Shown in pieces: positions 53,860-62,198 of a DNA stretch of 64,000 nucleotides; position 1 is the stretch's first letter, and each line of letters starts with the position of its first letter. The stretch comes from Eubacteriales bacterium (lineage in GTDB: Bacteria > Bacillota > Clostridia > Lachnospirales > Lachnospiraceae). A program made the translations under genes and the position numbers. A model generated the notes under the pieces. That model did no database searches, was not told where the DNA came from, and was given only the letters and a program-made list of their open reading frames with translations. The DNA lies in the NCBI GenBank assembly GCA_030539395.1, contig JAUNSC010000012.1:10390-74389 (forward strand), written 5' to 3'.

Positions 53860-55263
53860 TTATTTTTTTTCCTCTTCTTTTGTTGCCGCGGTCACCTGCC
53901 AGCTTTCCACGCCTTCCGTATTTTCCTTCTGGAAAAGAATCTTGAAGGTCAGCATCAAAAGCTTGATATCCATGATCACGGAATAATTTTCTATATAGGT
54001 CAGATCCAGCTTCAGTTTATCATATGGGGTCGTATTATATTTCCCATATACCTGAGCATATCCGGTCAGTCCTGCTTTTACCTTTAATCTGTAATCAAAC
54101 TCCGGTATCTCTTTTGCATACTGCTGTGCAATCTCCGGGCGCTCCGGACGGGGACCTACCAGCGACATATCGCCTTTTAAAATATTAAATATCTGCGGCA
54201 GCTCATCAAAATGAATGTTTCGTATTACTTTCCCCACCGGTGTGATCCTGTCGTCTTCCTTCCTGGCAAGACGCGCACCGTCTTTTTCAGATTCCACTTT
54301 CATGCTGCGGAATTTGTATATATAGAAAATGCGCTTATCTATTGTAAGTCTTTCCTGTTTATAAAAGACAGGTCCTCCATCGTATGCTTTGATCAATAGC
54401 GCTATGATCAGCATAAACGGAGATGCCAGAATAAGTCCCAGCAGCGAGAAGATAATGTCCATAGCACGTTTTACAAACAACTGCTCTGCTGTCAGCCTTC
54501 TGTTTCGGGACAGCATGAGTGTCGTATCAAACAAATGGATTCCGTCAGAACTCATCAGCATAATATCAGACAGTTTGGGTATACTATAACAACGGATATC
54601 CTGTTCAAAACAATATTTCAAAAATAAATTTCTCTCATGGGAAGGGATATCCCCTAAAATAACTGCCGGATACTCTCTGATTTTTTCTTTGATTACTTCC
54701 TCTCCCCAGGAAAGGTGGATCATTTCACAGATATTATATTTATCTTCCCGGGATGAAATTTTCCGTATCAGATCTCTGGGATTTTTGTCGCCATAAACCA
54801 GCAGCATTCTCCTTGGCGGATAAATGCGGGCATAAATCCAGCGCATAAAAACAACCCAGATAACGACAATAATAACATCTATTACCGTCATATTACAAAG
54901 GGGTATCAGATTTGTTCCGAATCTCCATCGGCCGACCAGACTGAGCTGAAGATACGTAATAATATTAACGCATACGATGGATAATATCTGTGAATACACT
55001 ACTTCGAATACACGAAGATACCCCACCTTAAATCCTCCATATATTTTATAAAAGAAAAACAGCATCAGTGCATACTGACCGATAATAACCCAGTTGCCTC
55101 TGACAAATGATCTGCCGATCGCCCCTGTCCTTGCGTAACAGTTATACCATACATATGCAAAAATTGCTGTTTCCAGCGTCAAAATCAATACAGAGGATAA
55201 AAACATAATAATTCTCTTATACTGTTCTCTTTTTTCCATATTGGTTACCTCTATTTTACTCAT
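53860..55263 (-). CDS. Polyprenyl-phosphate glycosylphosphotransferase (second large PGT initiating transferase)
   Basis: 467 aa with N-terminal TMs. The C-terminal domain carries KFRSM, DELPQIFNILKGDMSLVGPRPERP and KAGLTGYAQV. Confidence 0.85.
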   Translation of the reverse strand: MSKIEVTNMEKREQYKRIIMFLSSVLILTLETAIFAYVWYNCYARTGAIGRSFVRGNWVIIGQYALMLFFFYKIYGGFKVGYLRVFEVVYSQILSIVCVNIITYLQLSLVGRWRFGTNLIPLCNMTVIDVIIVVIWVVFMRWIYARIYPPRRMLLVYGDKNPRDLIRKISSREDKYNICEMIHLSWGEEVIKEKIREYPAVILGDIPSHERNLFLKYCFEQDIRCYSIPKLSDIMLMSSDGIHLFDTTLMLSRNRRLTAEQLFVKRAMDIIFSLLGLILASPFMLIIALLIKAYDGGPVFYKQERLTIDKRIFYIYKFRSMKVESEKDGARLARKEDDRITPVGKVIRNIHFDELPQIFNILKGDMSLVGPRPERPEIAQQYAKEIPEFDYRLKVKAGLTGYAQVYGKYNTTPYDKLKLDLTYIENYSVIMDIKLLMLTFKILFQKENTEGVESWQVTAATKEEEKK

Positions 55264-55337
55264 CTTTTTGCTGTTTTTTGCATCAAGTCACATTCTACAA
55301 CATTTTTCTGCAAAAAACAACTTAAAACGACTGGTAA

Positions 55338-56126
55338 TCACTCTACGCGATAAATCGTATGTCTCGCCGTTCTTCCAACAACACTGCAATCCACCGCAAG
55401 CATCTGTTCATCCATATCATAGCTTGTCGCAATGACAATATAGTCTGTCTTTGAACGCCGCAGCATCTTTCTGATCTTTTTATCCGGCACATCTAAGGTT
55501 CCCCCGTTCACCAGAGTCAGCAGACAATGCTGCCGGTTCCTTCTGGCGCTTTTCAAGCCCAACACATCATCATAAAGATATGTCTGCCTGGTAATTGCAT
55601 TTTGAATAGTAGGGTCCTGGATACGCAAAGAAAGGACCAGACTAAAATCACATGCCACTCTGGGATGTTCTTTTTCTTTATCTGCACTGATCAGATTACA
55701 GATTTCTTCTGCCTCATCATGCAGATACTGCACCTGACCGGGCATTTTGAAACTGCCTTTTTCCAGATAGGGAACTCCTGCCGCAGCAACGATCACAACT
55801 GCAGCGATCACGACAGCAATTTTGCGAACCATCGTTTTCTGTAATACAATCACATCCACCACCGCATATGCCAGCATCGGAATTGCAGGTATCATCCACA
55901 AAAAACGATAATAGGTCTCCGTTCCCATCACTGCGCCGACCAACCGAAACACTATATCATTGAAAACAATCAGACAGGCTGCACCAATCGTCAGCAGCGC
56001 ACTCCGCCGGTTTCTCTGGTCAGCCCGCACAAGCAGCCAGGCCACTGCTGCCAGTATCAGTGGAAGAAACCAGGTATCCCCGTTATACAACTGAAAAACC
56101 TCAAAAACATTTGTTACATTATTCAT
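55338..56126 (-). CDS. Membrane protein of unknown function (4 TM + ~150-aa soluble C-terminal domain)
   Basis: 262 aa; hydrophobic segments in the first ~115 aa, then a soluble domain. It is in the same reading frame as the upstream ORF (see findings). Confidence 0.5.
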   Translation of the reverse strand: MNNVTNVFEVFQLYNGDTWFLPLILAAVAWLLVRADQRNRRSALLTIGAACLIVFNDIVFRLVGAVMGTETYYRFLWMIPAIPMLAYAVVDVIVLQKTMVRKIAVVIAAVVIVAAAGVPYLEKGSFKMPGQVQYLHDEAEEICNLISADKEKEHPRVACDFSLVLSLRIQDPTIQNAITRQTYLYDDVLGLKSARRNRQHCLLTLVNGGTLDVPDKKIRKMLRRSKTDYIVIATSYDMDEQMLAVDCSVVGRTARHTIYRVE

Positions 56127-56129
56127 ATA

Positions 56130-57230
56130 TCAAATTCCTATTCTGAATATTTTCATTTTGTAAAGCAGATAGAGTATCAGATACAGTGTATCAGGAAGCA
56201 TACACAAAATATAAAACCCTGCAAACTTCCAGTTCTTTTCACGGAAAATTACCGGCAGCAGCATCAGTGTAATCAATGCAGGTGCCGTGATCAATGCACT
56301 CATGGAAATGGCTACACTCCCGAATGCTCCCGCAAAGAGCATCACCTTTACCTCGCGTTTTGTACTGTCACGCCATACCATCAGACACAGCAGAAACAGA
56401 AACGGCAAAATCAGATTTGCACAATATCCTTTTGCCTCCAGCGCACGGTTTAAGAGAAAGTCCGATGTAGTATAAATAGATTGATAGTAAAAATTCAGGA
56501 AAATTGCGGCAATTACCATCGCTGCCGAACAGGCCAGTATCTGTGTTTCCGTCAGTTTTTCCTGATAGCGTTTCCCCGAAAACAGGAAATACCCGATTTC
56601 AAATATTACAAGATTGGCCAGCACTGCCAACAGACCACCCTGCACAATTTTTGCATAATAAATAATCTTTACCGGCAAAATCTGGCACCACACTGCCGAA
56701 TGCATGTAAAATGAGGATAACATGTAACGAAAATCCAGAGAATTTTGTATACGGCCGCTCAGTCCATCATATAAATACATATTGTTTCTTGATACACTAT
56801 TTCCAATCGTCCCAACATAAGCAGCAGTATCCCAGCCAAGATAATTATTTGTGATAATATAATACATCTGTACAGCTGCTGCCGCTATCATCACACCATA
56901 TAGCAGCAGTGGTTTTTTTCTTTTCCGCGGAATATCCGTCCGCTGCTTTGCCGCTCTTTTCTCCAGAATCAGCAGGCATACCAGAACTGCTGCAACAGTA
57001 ACGCCCCAAAGCATCGTCAGCGACGACAATGGTTGTTTCAAAAGCATCAGAGGCAATGCTTCTATCTGAAACAGCCCGTGATAGACAAACACGCCTGTCA
57101 GCAGGCACATTCTCCAGCTTAATTTCCCTCCGGTCAAAAGACATATGACTCTCCCAAAACACCAGTATAACAAAAGCAGCAACAGGATTACTGCCATGCA
57201 GATTCCGATTTCCATTTCATATTCTTCCAT
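56130..57230 (-). CDS. Polytopic membrane protein of unknown function (possible polymerase/GT-C-like; unassigned)
   Basis: 366 aa with about 10 hydrophobic segments and a loop reading NNYLGWDTAAYVG. It is the first gene of operon 3. No diagnostic motif recognised. Confidence 0.45.
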   Translation of the reverse strand: MEEYEMEIGICMAVILLLLLLYWCFGRVICLLTGGKLSWRMCLLTGVFVYHGLFQIEALPLMLLKQPLSSLTMLWGVTVAAVLVCLLILEKRAAKQRTDIPRKRKKPLLLYGVMIAAAAVQMYYIITNNYLGWDTAAYVGTIGNSVSRNNMYLYDGLSGRIQNSLDFRYMLSSFYMHSAVWCQILPVKIIYYAKIVQGGLLAVLANLVIFEIGYFLFSGKRYQEKLTETQILACSAAMVIAAIFLNFYYQSIYTTSDFLLNRALEAKGYCANLILPFLFLLCLMVWRDSTKREVKVMLFAGAFGSVAISMSALITAPALITLMLLPVIFREKNWKFAGFYILCMLPDTLYLILYLLYKMKIFRIGI

Positions 57231-57264
57231 TTCTTCCTAAATTCATTTTGCTTCTATATTGCTC

Positions 57265-57312
57265 TTGCCTATTCACCAGAAATATGTTAACATTATTTTA
57301 ACTATTTGTAAA
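57265..57312. promoter_or_regulatory. Two predicted divergent sigma-A promoters sharing one palindromic extended -10 (ATGTTAACAT)
   Basis: Plus strand: TTGCCT 57265-57270, 17-nt spacer, TGtTAACAT ending at 57293. Minus strand: TTTACA (57312-57307), 17-nt spacer, TGtTAACAT (57292-57284). Read by eye. Confidence 0.4.
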
Positions 57313-57344
57313 CTACCCTATTTCAATCAGGAGTGATCATCATC

Positions 57345-58691
57345 ATGAAAAAAAGGAGAATTTTATTTACATTTCTATTCATTTTTTCTCTGTTTTTTAT
57401 GCTGTCATCTACAGCCTTTGCTTACAAAAATCAATGGATTACTACCGGGGATGGTAAGTATTATTATGGAAGCAATGGAAAAAAATATACCGGCGGTCCA
57501 AAGAAAATCAAAACCAATGGCAAGACATACTACTACATATTTGACAGCACCGGCAAATTAGTTACAAACAAAGTCACTTACATAAAAAGTAAGAAAAAAT
57601 ACTACTACAGCCAGTCCAACGGCCGCCTTCTTACATCTGTAAAGACAATAAACGGGAAACTCTATTACGGGACCAGGTATGGCTACCTCAAAACAGGGCT
57701 CCAGAAATGGAAAAACAATTATTATTATTTTCAGCCAAAAGTGGGCTATGCATTGACCGGGACTCTGAAAAAGATAAAAGGCCACACTTACTATTTCACT
57801 GCAAACGGTCAGGCCGCAAAGAATAAAATTGTTACCATTCAAAAAAATAAATACTATTTTGATAAAAACGGGTACCGCCAATATGGCCTGCAGCAAATCG
57901 GGAAATTTTATTATTACTTTAACAAATCGAACGGTAAGATGGTGTATGGCTGGAAAAAGATCAACGGTTCCTATTACTATTTTAATCAGGCGAACAAGGG
58001 ACGTGCACTGCGCGACGGATTCAAAACCCTTGGAACAGGAAGCAGCAAAAAGGTGTATTACTTCAATTCCTACGCACAGCAGACCCGTGGCTGGCTGGTT
58101 CTTGGTACTAAACGCTATTATATGGATCCCGCTAAAAACGGAGCCCGCACTTACGGCAAAAAGAAAATCAATGGAAAAACTTACAATTTTGGCACAAAAG
58201 GATATGTGACCTACACGCCCACAGGGAATTATACGATTCGTGTAAACCGAAAAAAATGTGTTGTTACAATATATGACAATGATATAGCTGTTAAAGCAAT
58301 GACATGTTCAGTCGGCGGACCAGGATTTGATACTCCGACAGGTACTTTCTTTATTCAGACTCATAAAAGATGGTGGTATCTGAATGGACCTTCTGTTGGA
58401 CAGTATTGCAGTCATTTCCTTTCGGAATATCTGTTCCACTCAGTCCCCATGTATGGTACATCCTTTAATCCGTACAATGTGAACTCACGTGATTTTAATA
58501 ATTTGGGCCGCGCAGCATCCGGCGGATGTATTCGTCTCTGTGTGGCAGATGCAAAATGGATTTATGATAATATCCCCATCGGCACCCGGGTTGTGATCAG
58601 TGACAGTGCAGCCACACCTCTCGGCAAACCGGCACTCCCCAAAATGAAGGCCGGCACAATCGGAAAAGATCCGACAGATAAGTGGAGTTAA
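57345..58691 (+). CDS. L,D-transpeptidase (YkuD domain) with N-terminal cell-wall-binding (CW_binding_1-type) repeats
   Basis: The signal peptide is MKKRRILFTFLFIFSLFFMLSSTAFA. About 12 roughly 20-aa repeats follow (GKxYYFxxxGxxxxG). The C-terminus has HSVP..GRAASGGCIRL (the YkuD His/Cys motif). The track starts at GTG 57333, which overlaps the SD AGGAG, so ATG 57345 is preferred. Confidence 0.85.
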   Translation: MKKRRILFTFLFIFSLFFMLSSTAFAYKNQWITTGDGKYYYGSNGKKYTGGPKKIKTNGKTYYYIFDSTGKLVTNKVTYIKSKKKYYYSQSNGRLLTSVKTINGKLYYGTRYGYLKTGLQKWKNNYYYFQPKVGYALTGTLKKIKGHTYYFTANGQAAKNKIVTIQKNKYYFDKNGYRQYGLQQIGKFYYYFNKSNGKMVYGWKKINGSYYYFNQANKGRALRDGFKTLGTGSSKKVYYFNSYAQQTRGWLVLGTKRYYMDPAKNGARTYGKKKINGKTYNFGTKGYVTYTPTGNYTIRVNRKKCVVTIYDNDIAVKAMTCSVGGPGFDTPTGTFFIQTHKRWWYLNGPSVGQYCSHFLSEYLFHSVPMYGTSFNPYNVNSRDFNNLGRAASGGCIRLCVADAKWIYDNIPIGTRVVISDSAATPLGKPALPKMKAGTIGKDPTDKWS

Positions 58692-58718
58692 ATTTTTATA
58701 CAATTGAATTTCTGGCAT

Positions 58719-58760
58719 AAAAAAGAGGAAAGTCTATAAAACAGACTTTCCTCTTTTTTA
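58719..58760. terminator. Bidirectional Rho-independent terminator
   Basis: AAAAA-AGAGGAAAGTCT-ataaaac-AGACTTTCCTCT-TTTTTTA, lying between the convergent L,D-transpeptidase and HPr-like genes. Confidence 0.85.
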
Positions 58761-58766
58761 TATCAT

Positions 58767-59030
58767 TTATTCTCCCAGTCCCTCTGATATCAGTTTTCCC
58801 AGGTTTTCCATCGCCTCTGCTTCATCTTCCCCTTCACAGATCAACGTGATGGAATCATTACATTTCACACAGGCGCTTAACACATTCAGAACGCTTTTTG
58901 CATTCGTTGTCACATTTCCAAAAGAAAGCGTCACTGTTGCTTTATATTTGATAGCCTCTGTACATAGGAGTGCAGCCGGTTTCAAATGCAATCCTGCGTT
59001 GTTTTTTATTACAAAAGTTTTGCTTACCAT
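58767..59030 (-). CDS. ptsH: HPr-family phosphocarrier protein
   Basis: 88 aa counted from ATG 59030, with SD GGAGGG 5 nt upstream inside the cdaR 3' end. GLHLKPAA carries the His15 equivalent and NAKSVLNVL the Ser46 equivalent. The C-terminus is EGEDEAEAMENLGKLI. The track ORF (95 aa) starts further upstream. Confidence 0.8.
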   Translation of the reverse strand: MVSKTFVIKNNAGLHLKPAALLCTEAIKYKATVTLSFGNVTTNAKSVLNVLSACVKCNDSITLICEGEDEAEAMENLGKLISEGLGE

Positions 59031-59031
59031 A

Positions 59032-60366
59032 CTAGCCCTCCGTAAGAAGTTCAACCTCTTCTTCCTGTTCCTCGTCCTCCACGTTCACTACTATTGTCAC
59101 TTCACTTGTCAAAAAATACCCCTCTGGCAGTGTCACTTCTACCGGAAGTGTATAATTTCCATTTGCCCTGCACTGCTGCAGATCGATCTGTGCTGATATG
59201 TCTTTTTCTGTTATAACCTTGTATTCTCCCTGCTCTCCCTGAATGCTCAGTAAAATTTTGTCAGTAGGCGAAAATATTAGTTTTTTATTTGCCGGTACAT
59301 TTTTAAGAGTTAATTCTGAAACAGGATACTCAACTGTTCTTGTACCTGCTTCTTCCACCTGGACATCCACAGTTACTACAGAAGACATGTCTGCTTCCAG
59401 GCGGATGTTATTATATAAATCTAATGTATCATTCAGATCCACCTGAAACGTCTGGTTTTCTGTAATTCCCTGTATATTAAATTTGTCTTTAATCTGAAGC
59501 TTATGTCCCAGCGTTCGCATCGCCTGTTCTGATGCCACCAGATTTACCGTTTTGGGCGAGACGGAAATTGCTGTAACATTATAACCTTCTGCAGGTGTTC
59601 CTGTCAGAACTGCATCCAGTGTAATATCTCCATAAATATTCCAGATTTCTGTATAGACCTCTGCCTTATTATCTTTCAGCACAACACCATCCATGTTTTT
59701 CAATTCCAGATTGCTCATCTGGCTTTCATTCAATATGGTACCGTTCTTATCCTCTATTCTTATGGTATAGCTGTCTGTACTATCTGTTGATTTTCCTGTG
59801 ATATCGACCGGAACAGTTACTTTGCCAATGATATTGATCAAAGATTGGGGACCGGCAATGCGAATGGTGTCACCTGTAAGCACCGTAACACGCCCCAGTT
59901 CCGTGCCTTTGGCTGTTTCCCCTGTCGTTTTTGCCACAATACCGAAGTTCTGCTCTATCTTGTCTTCCATATTGATTTTCAGCGATGACGGCTGTATTCT
60001 CAGCTGTTCCTGCTGCACAGCCGGATTTGAACAGCTCACTTCCAGAGGAACCGATCCAAGTGCTTCATTGTAATTTTCCATATCAGCCTTCACCGTAAAA
60101 CTGGAAATATTCAGTTTTGAGCGCACCGACCGTCTTGCCGTTACATACACGTTTACTTTGTCCGTATCATCCACCACACTATAAGTTTTATTGGCGTTCG
60201 TGATTGTGTCTTCGTTCGTTCTTGTAACCGATATATTTTTATATGCCTGAGTATCCACCGGATCATTATTATCCATAACCAGCAGCCAGATAACGCAGGC
60301 AGCTAAAACAGAGATGAGTTTCAATCCCAGGTTATTTGTTAATTTATATTTCAATTTATGCTTCAT
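59032..60366 (-). CDS. cdaR: CdaR (YbbR-domain) regulator of diadenylate cyclase
   Basis: 444 aa with an N-terminal TM (LGLKLISVLAACVIWLLV), then repeated beta-rich YbbR-like modules. It overlaps cdaA by 4 nt. Confidence 0.85.
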   Translation of the reverse strand: MKHKLKYKLTNNLGLKLISVLAACVIWLLVMDNNDPVDTQAYKNISVTRTNEDTITNANKTYSVVDDTDKVNVYVTARRSVRSKLNISSFTVKADMENYNEALGSVPLEVSCSNPAVQQEQLRIQPSSLKINMEDKIEQNFGIVAKTTGETAKGTELGRVTVLTGDTIRIAGPQSLINIIGKVTVPVDITGKSTDSTDSYTIRIEDKNGTILNESQMSNLELKNMDGVVLKDNKAEVYTEIWNIYGDITLDAVLTGTPAEGYNVTAISVSPKTVNLVASEQAMRTLGHKLQIKDKFNIQGITENQTFQVDLNDTLDLYNNIRLEADMSSVVTVDVQVEEAGTRTVEYPVSELTLKNVPANKKLIFSPTDKILLSIQGEQGEYKVITEKDISAQIDLQQCRANGNYTLPVEVTLPEGYFLTSEVTIVVNVEDEEQEEEVELLTEG

Positions 60367-61256
60367 ACTGCCTGGTTCCTTTCTCCACGGTCCTTCTTTG
60401 TCTTCCCGACAATTCGTTTTCTCGAACTCATAACAGATTTATTCTGGAGCAGTATAAGCTGTTCTCTCAGCTTTTCTTCTGAAACATTTCTGGTCAGAAT
60501 ACCTTTCTTTGCCAAAGCGATCTTTCCTGTTTCCTCTGAAACAATAATAGTCAGTGAATCTGTAACCTCGCTGATACCTACTCCGGCACGATGCCTTGTT
60601 CCCAGTTCTTTGTCAAGGGACTTATTTTCAGAAAGAGGAAGATAACAGGTTGCAGACCTTATTTTATCTCCTTTAATAATGACAGCTCCGTCATGAAGCG
60701 GTGTATTATGTTCAAAGATATTGATCAACAGCTGACTCGATACAATCGCATCAATATCAATGCCTGTTCGCTCATATTCTTCCAGCTTCTCATTCTGCTC
60801 CAGCACCATCAGTGCCCCCGTCTTGACTTTTGCCATCTCCAATGTGGCACGCACAAGCTCATTGACTGTCCTGTCGCTGCAGCGTTGAATTACTTCCTTA
60901 CTATTTCCTACATTAAACAGTGCTGAAATAAATTCTTTCTCTCCAAGCTGTTCCAACGCACGCCTGAGTTCGGGCTGGAAAATAATGATTGCTGCCATAA
61001 TTACAAGAGAAACTCCCTTTTCAATAAGGAAAGTCAGAGTGTCCATCTTAAACAGGTAAGCCATTGCAACAAACATGCCTAATACCAGCATTCCCTTTAA
61101 AAGCGTCCATGCTCTGCTGTTTTTTACCCATACAAGAATACTGTACACCAGAAATGAAAGAATGATAATCTCTATTACATCTGTCAGAGTCATTGAAATA
61201 GATGATATCTTCATCCACGGTAAATGACTCTCTATCCACATTCTTATCGTCTCCAC
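60363..61256 (-). CDS. cdaA: Membrane-anchored diadenylate cyclase CdaA (DAC domain)
   Basis: 297 aa with three N-terminal TMs. DAC motifs are GALMVLE, PLHDGAVII, LGTRHRAG and SEETGKIALA. Confidence 0.92.
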   Translation of the reverse strand: METIRMWIESHLPWMKISSISMTLTDVIEIIILSFLVYSILVWVKNSRAWTLLKGMLVLGMFVAMAYLFKMDTLTFLIEKGVSLVIMAAIIIFQPELRRALEQLGEKEFISALFNVGNSKEVIQRCSDRTVNELVRATLEMAKVKTGALMVLEQNEKLEEYERTGIDIDAIVSSQLLINIFEHNTPLHDGAVIIKGDKIRSATCYLPLSENKSLDKELGTRHRAGVGISEVTDSLTIIVSEETGKIALAKKGILTRNVSEEKLREQLILLQNKSVMSSRKRIVGKTKKDRGERNQAV

Positions 61257-61259
61257 TGT

Positions 61260-62192
61260 TTACCTCCCCTCTGATCTTCTCCGCCTTCTTTTTCTTCGGA
61301 TTTTTTTCTTCGGCACTGCTTTTACAAAATAGAAGTATTCATCATCTTCAAACCGTACCGTTTCCGTTTTTTTATAATCCAGACTGTACAGCATCAATTC
61401 TGCTGCTTTTGCTGTCAGCAGCGCTGCAATTATTTCAACAGCAATTGCTGCCGGCATTATCTCCGTATCCCAAAATGTCCATAAAAGAATTCTGAAAAGT
61501 AAATACCCGGCGCTTCCAACAATTGCCGCTATTGTCCAGGCATACTTCACTGCCAGAATGCGGATGTAATAAACAACCAGCATGACTGATGCCAGCACTG
61601 CCGCTGTGATCAGCATTTCCCTGTTTTGAATAACAGCTTCTATCAGTCCCGCCATCTTTTGCACCATTGCCTCTGCCGCCTCTTTTGATGTTGTCTGCAA
61701 TTTTCCGTCTGTCTGCACAATCGTATTCATCAGGCTATGCAATACCGCGCCAAATGCAATACCCGCTGCTGACAACGGCCCTCCAATCAACCCAAACAAC
61801 ACAGCCGGTACACACCCCAGCTCCATTTTAACAAAAATTGCTGTAAGAATCAGCGGATATGCCGATGAAGAAGCAATGCTGAAATACAGCATAAGACCAA
61901 TCAGCAGTATCCCTCCGCCCACGATCACAGCCTCTATTGACACACTATACAAACACAGTATCATCATACCTGCTCCAATAATAAGTATGCCATTTGAAGG
62001 AACAAATGCACAGACAAGCGCCAGCACAAAGATTACCGGCAGTCTGTTAAGCGGTGCATTACCTCCCAATCCTGTACGTATCTCCATAAATGCCCAAAGG
62101 GCCAGTGCAAATTTAAATATCAGGCGAATGGACGTATCATGCTTACCATAAAATCTGCTCAGAGAATCTCTGAATGCGAGCATTACTTCCAT
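61260..62192 (-). CDS. Polytopic membrane protein of unknown function with a poly-basic C-terminus
   Basis: 310 aa with about 8 hydrophobic segments. The C-terminus is KKKIRRKRRRRRSEGR. It lies 3 nt upstream of cdaA. Confidence 0.5.
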   Translation of the reverse strand: MEVMLAFRDSLSRFYGKHDTSIRLIFKFALALWAFMEIRTGLGGNAPLNRLPVIFVLALVCAFVPSNGILIIGAGMMILCLYSVSIEAVIVGGGILLIGLMLYFSIASSSAYPLILTAIFVKMELGCVPAVLFGLIGGPLSAAGIAFGAVLHSLMNTIVQTDGKLQTTSKEAAEAMVQKMAGLIEAVIQNREMLITAAVLASVMLVVYYIRILAVKYAWTIAAIVGSAGYLLFRILLWTFWDTEIMPAAIAVEIIAALLTAKAAELMLYSLDYKKTETVRFEDDEYFYFVKAVPKKKIRRKRRRRRSEGR

Positions 62193-62198
62193 GCGCCA

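Noticed and set aside
56130-57230. Calling the 366-aa polytopic protein a Wzy polymerase or O-antigen ligase
   Set aside because: Only the general features fit (about 10 TM segments and its location in a polysaccharide operon). I could not identify the conserved Arg/His loop motifs of Wzy/WaaL families by eye, so it is left as unknown, with the GT-C/polymerase idea kept only as a hypothesis.
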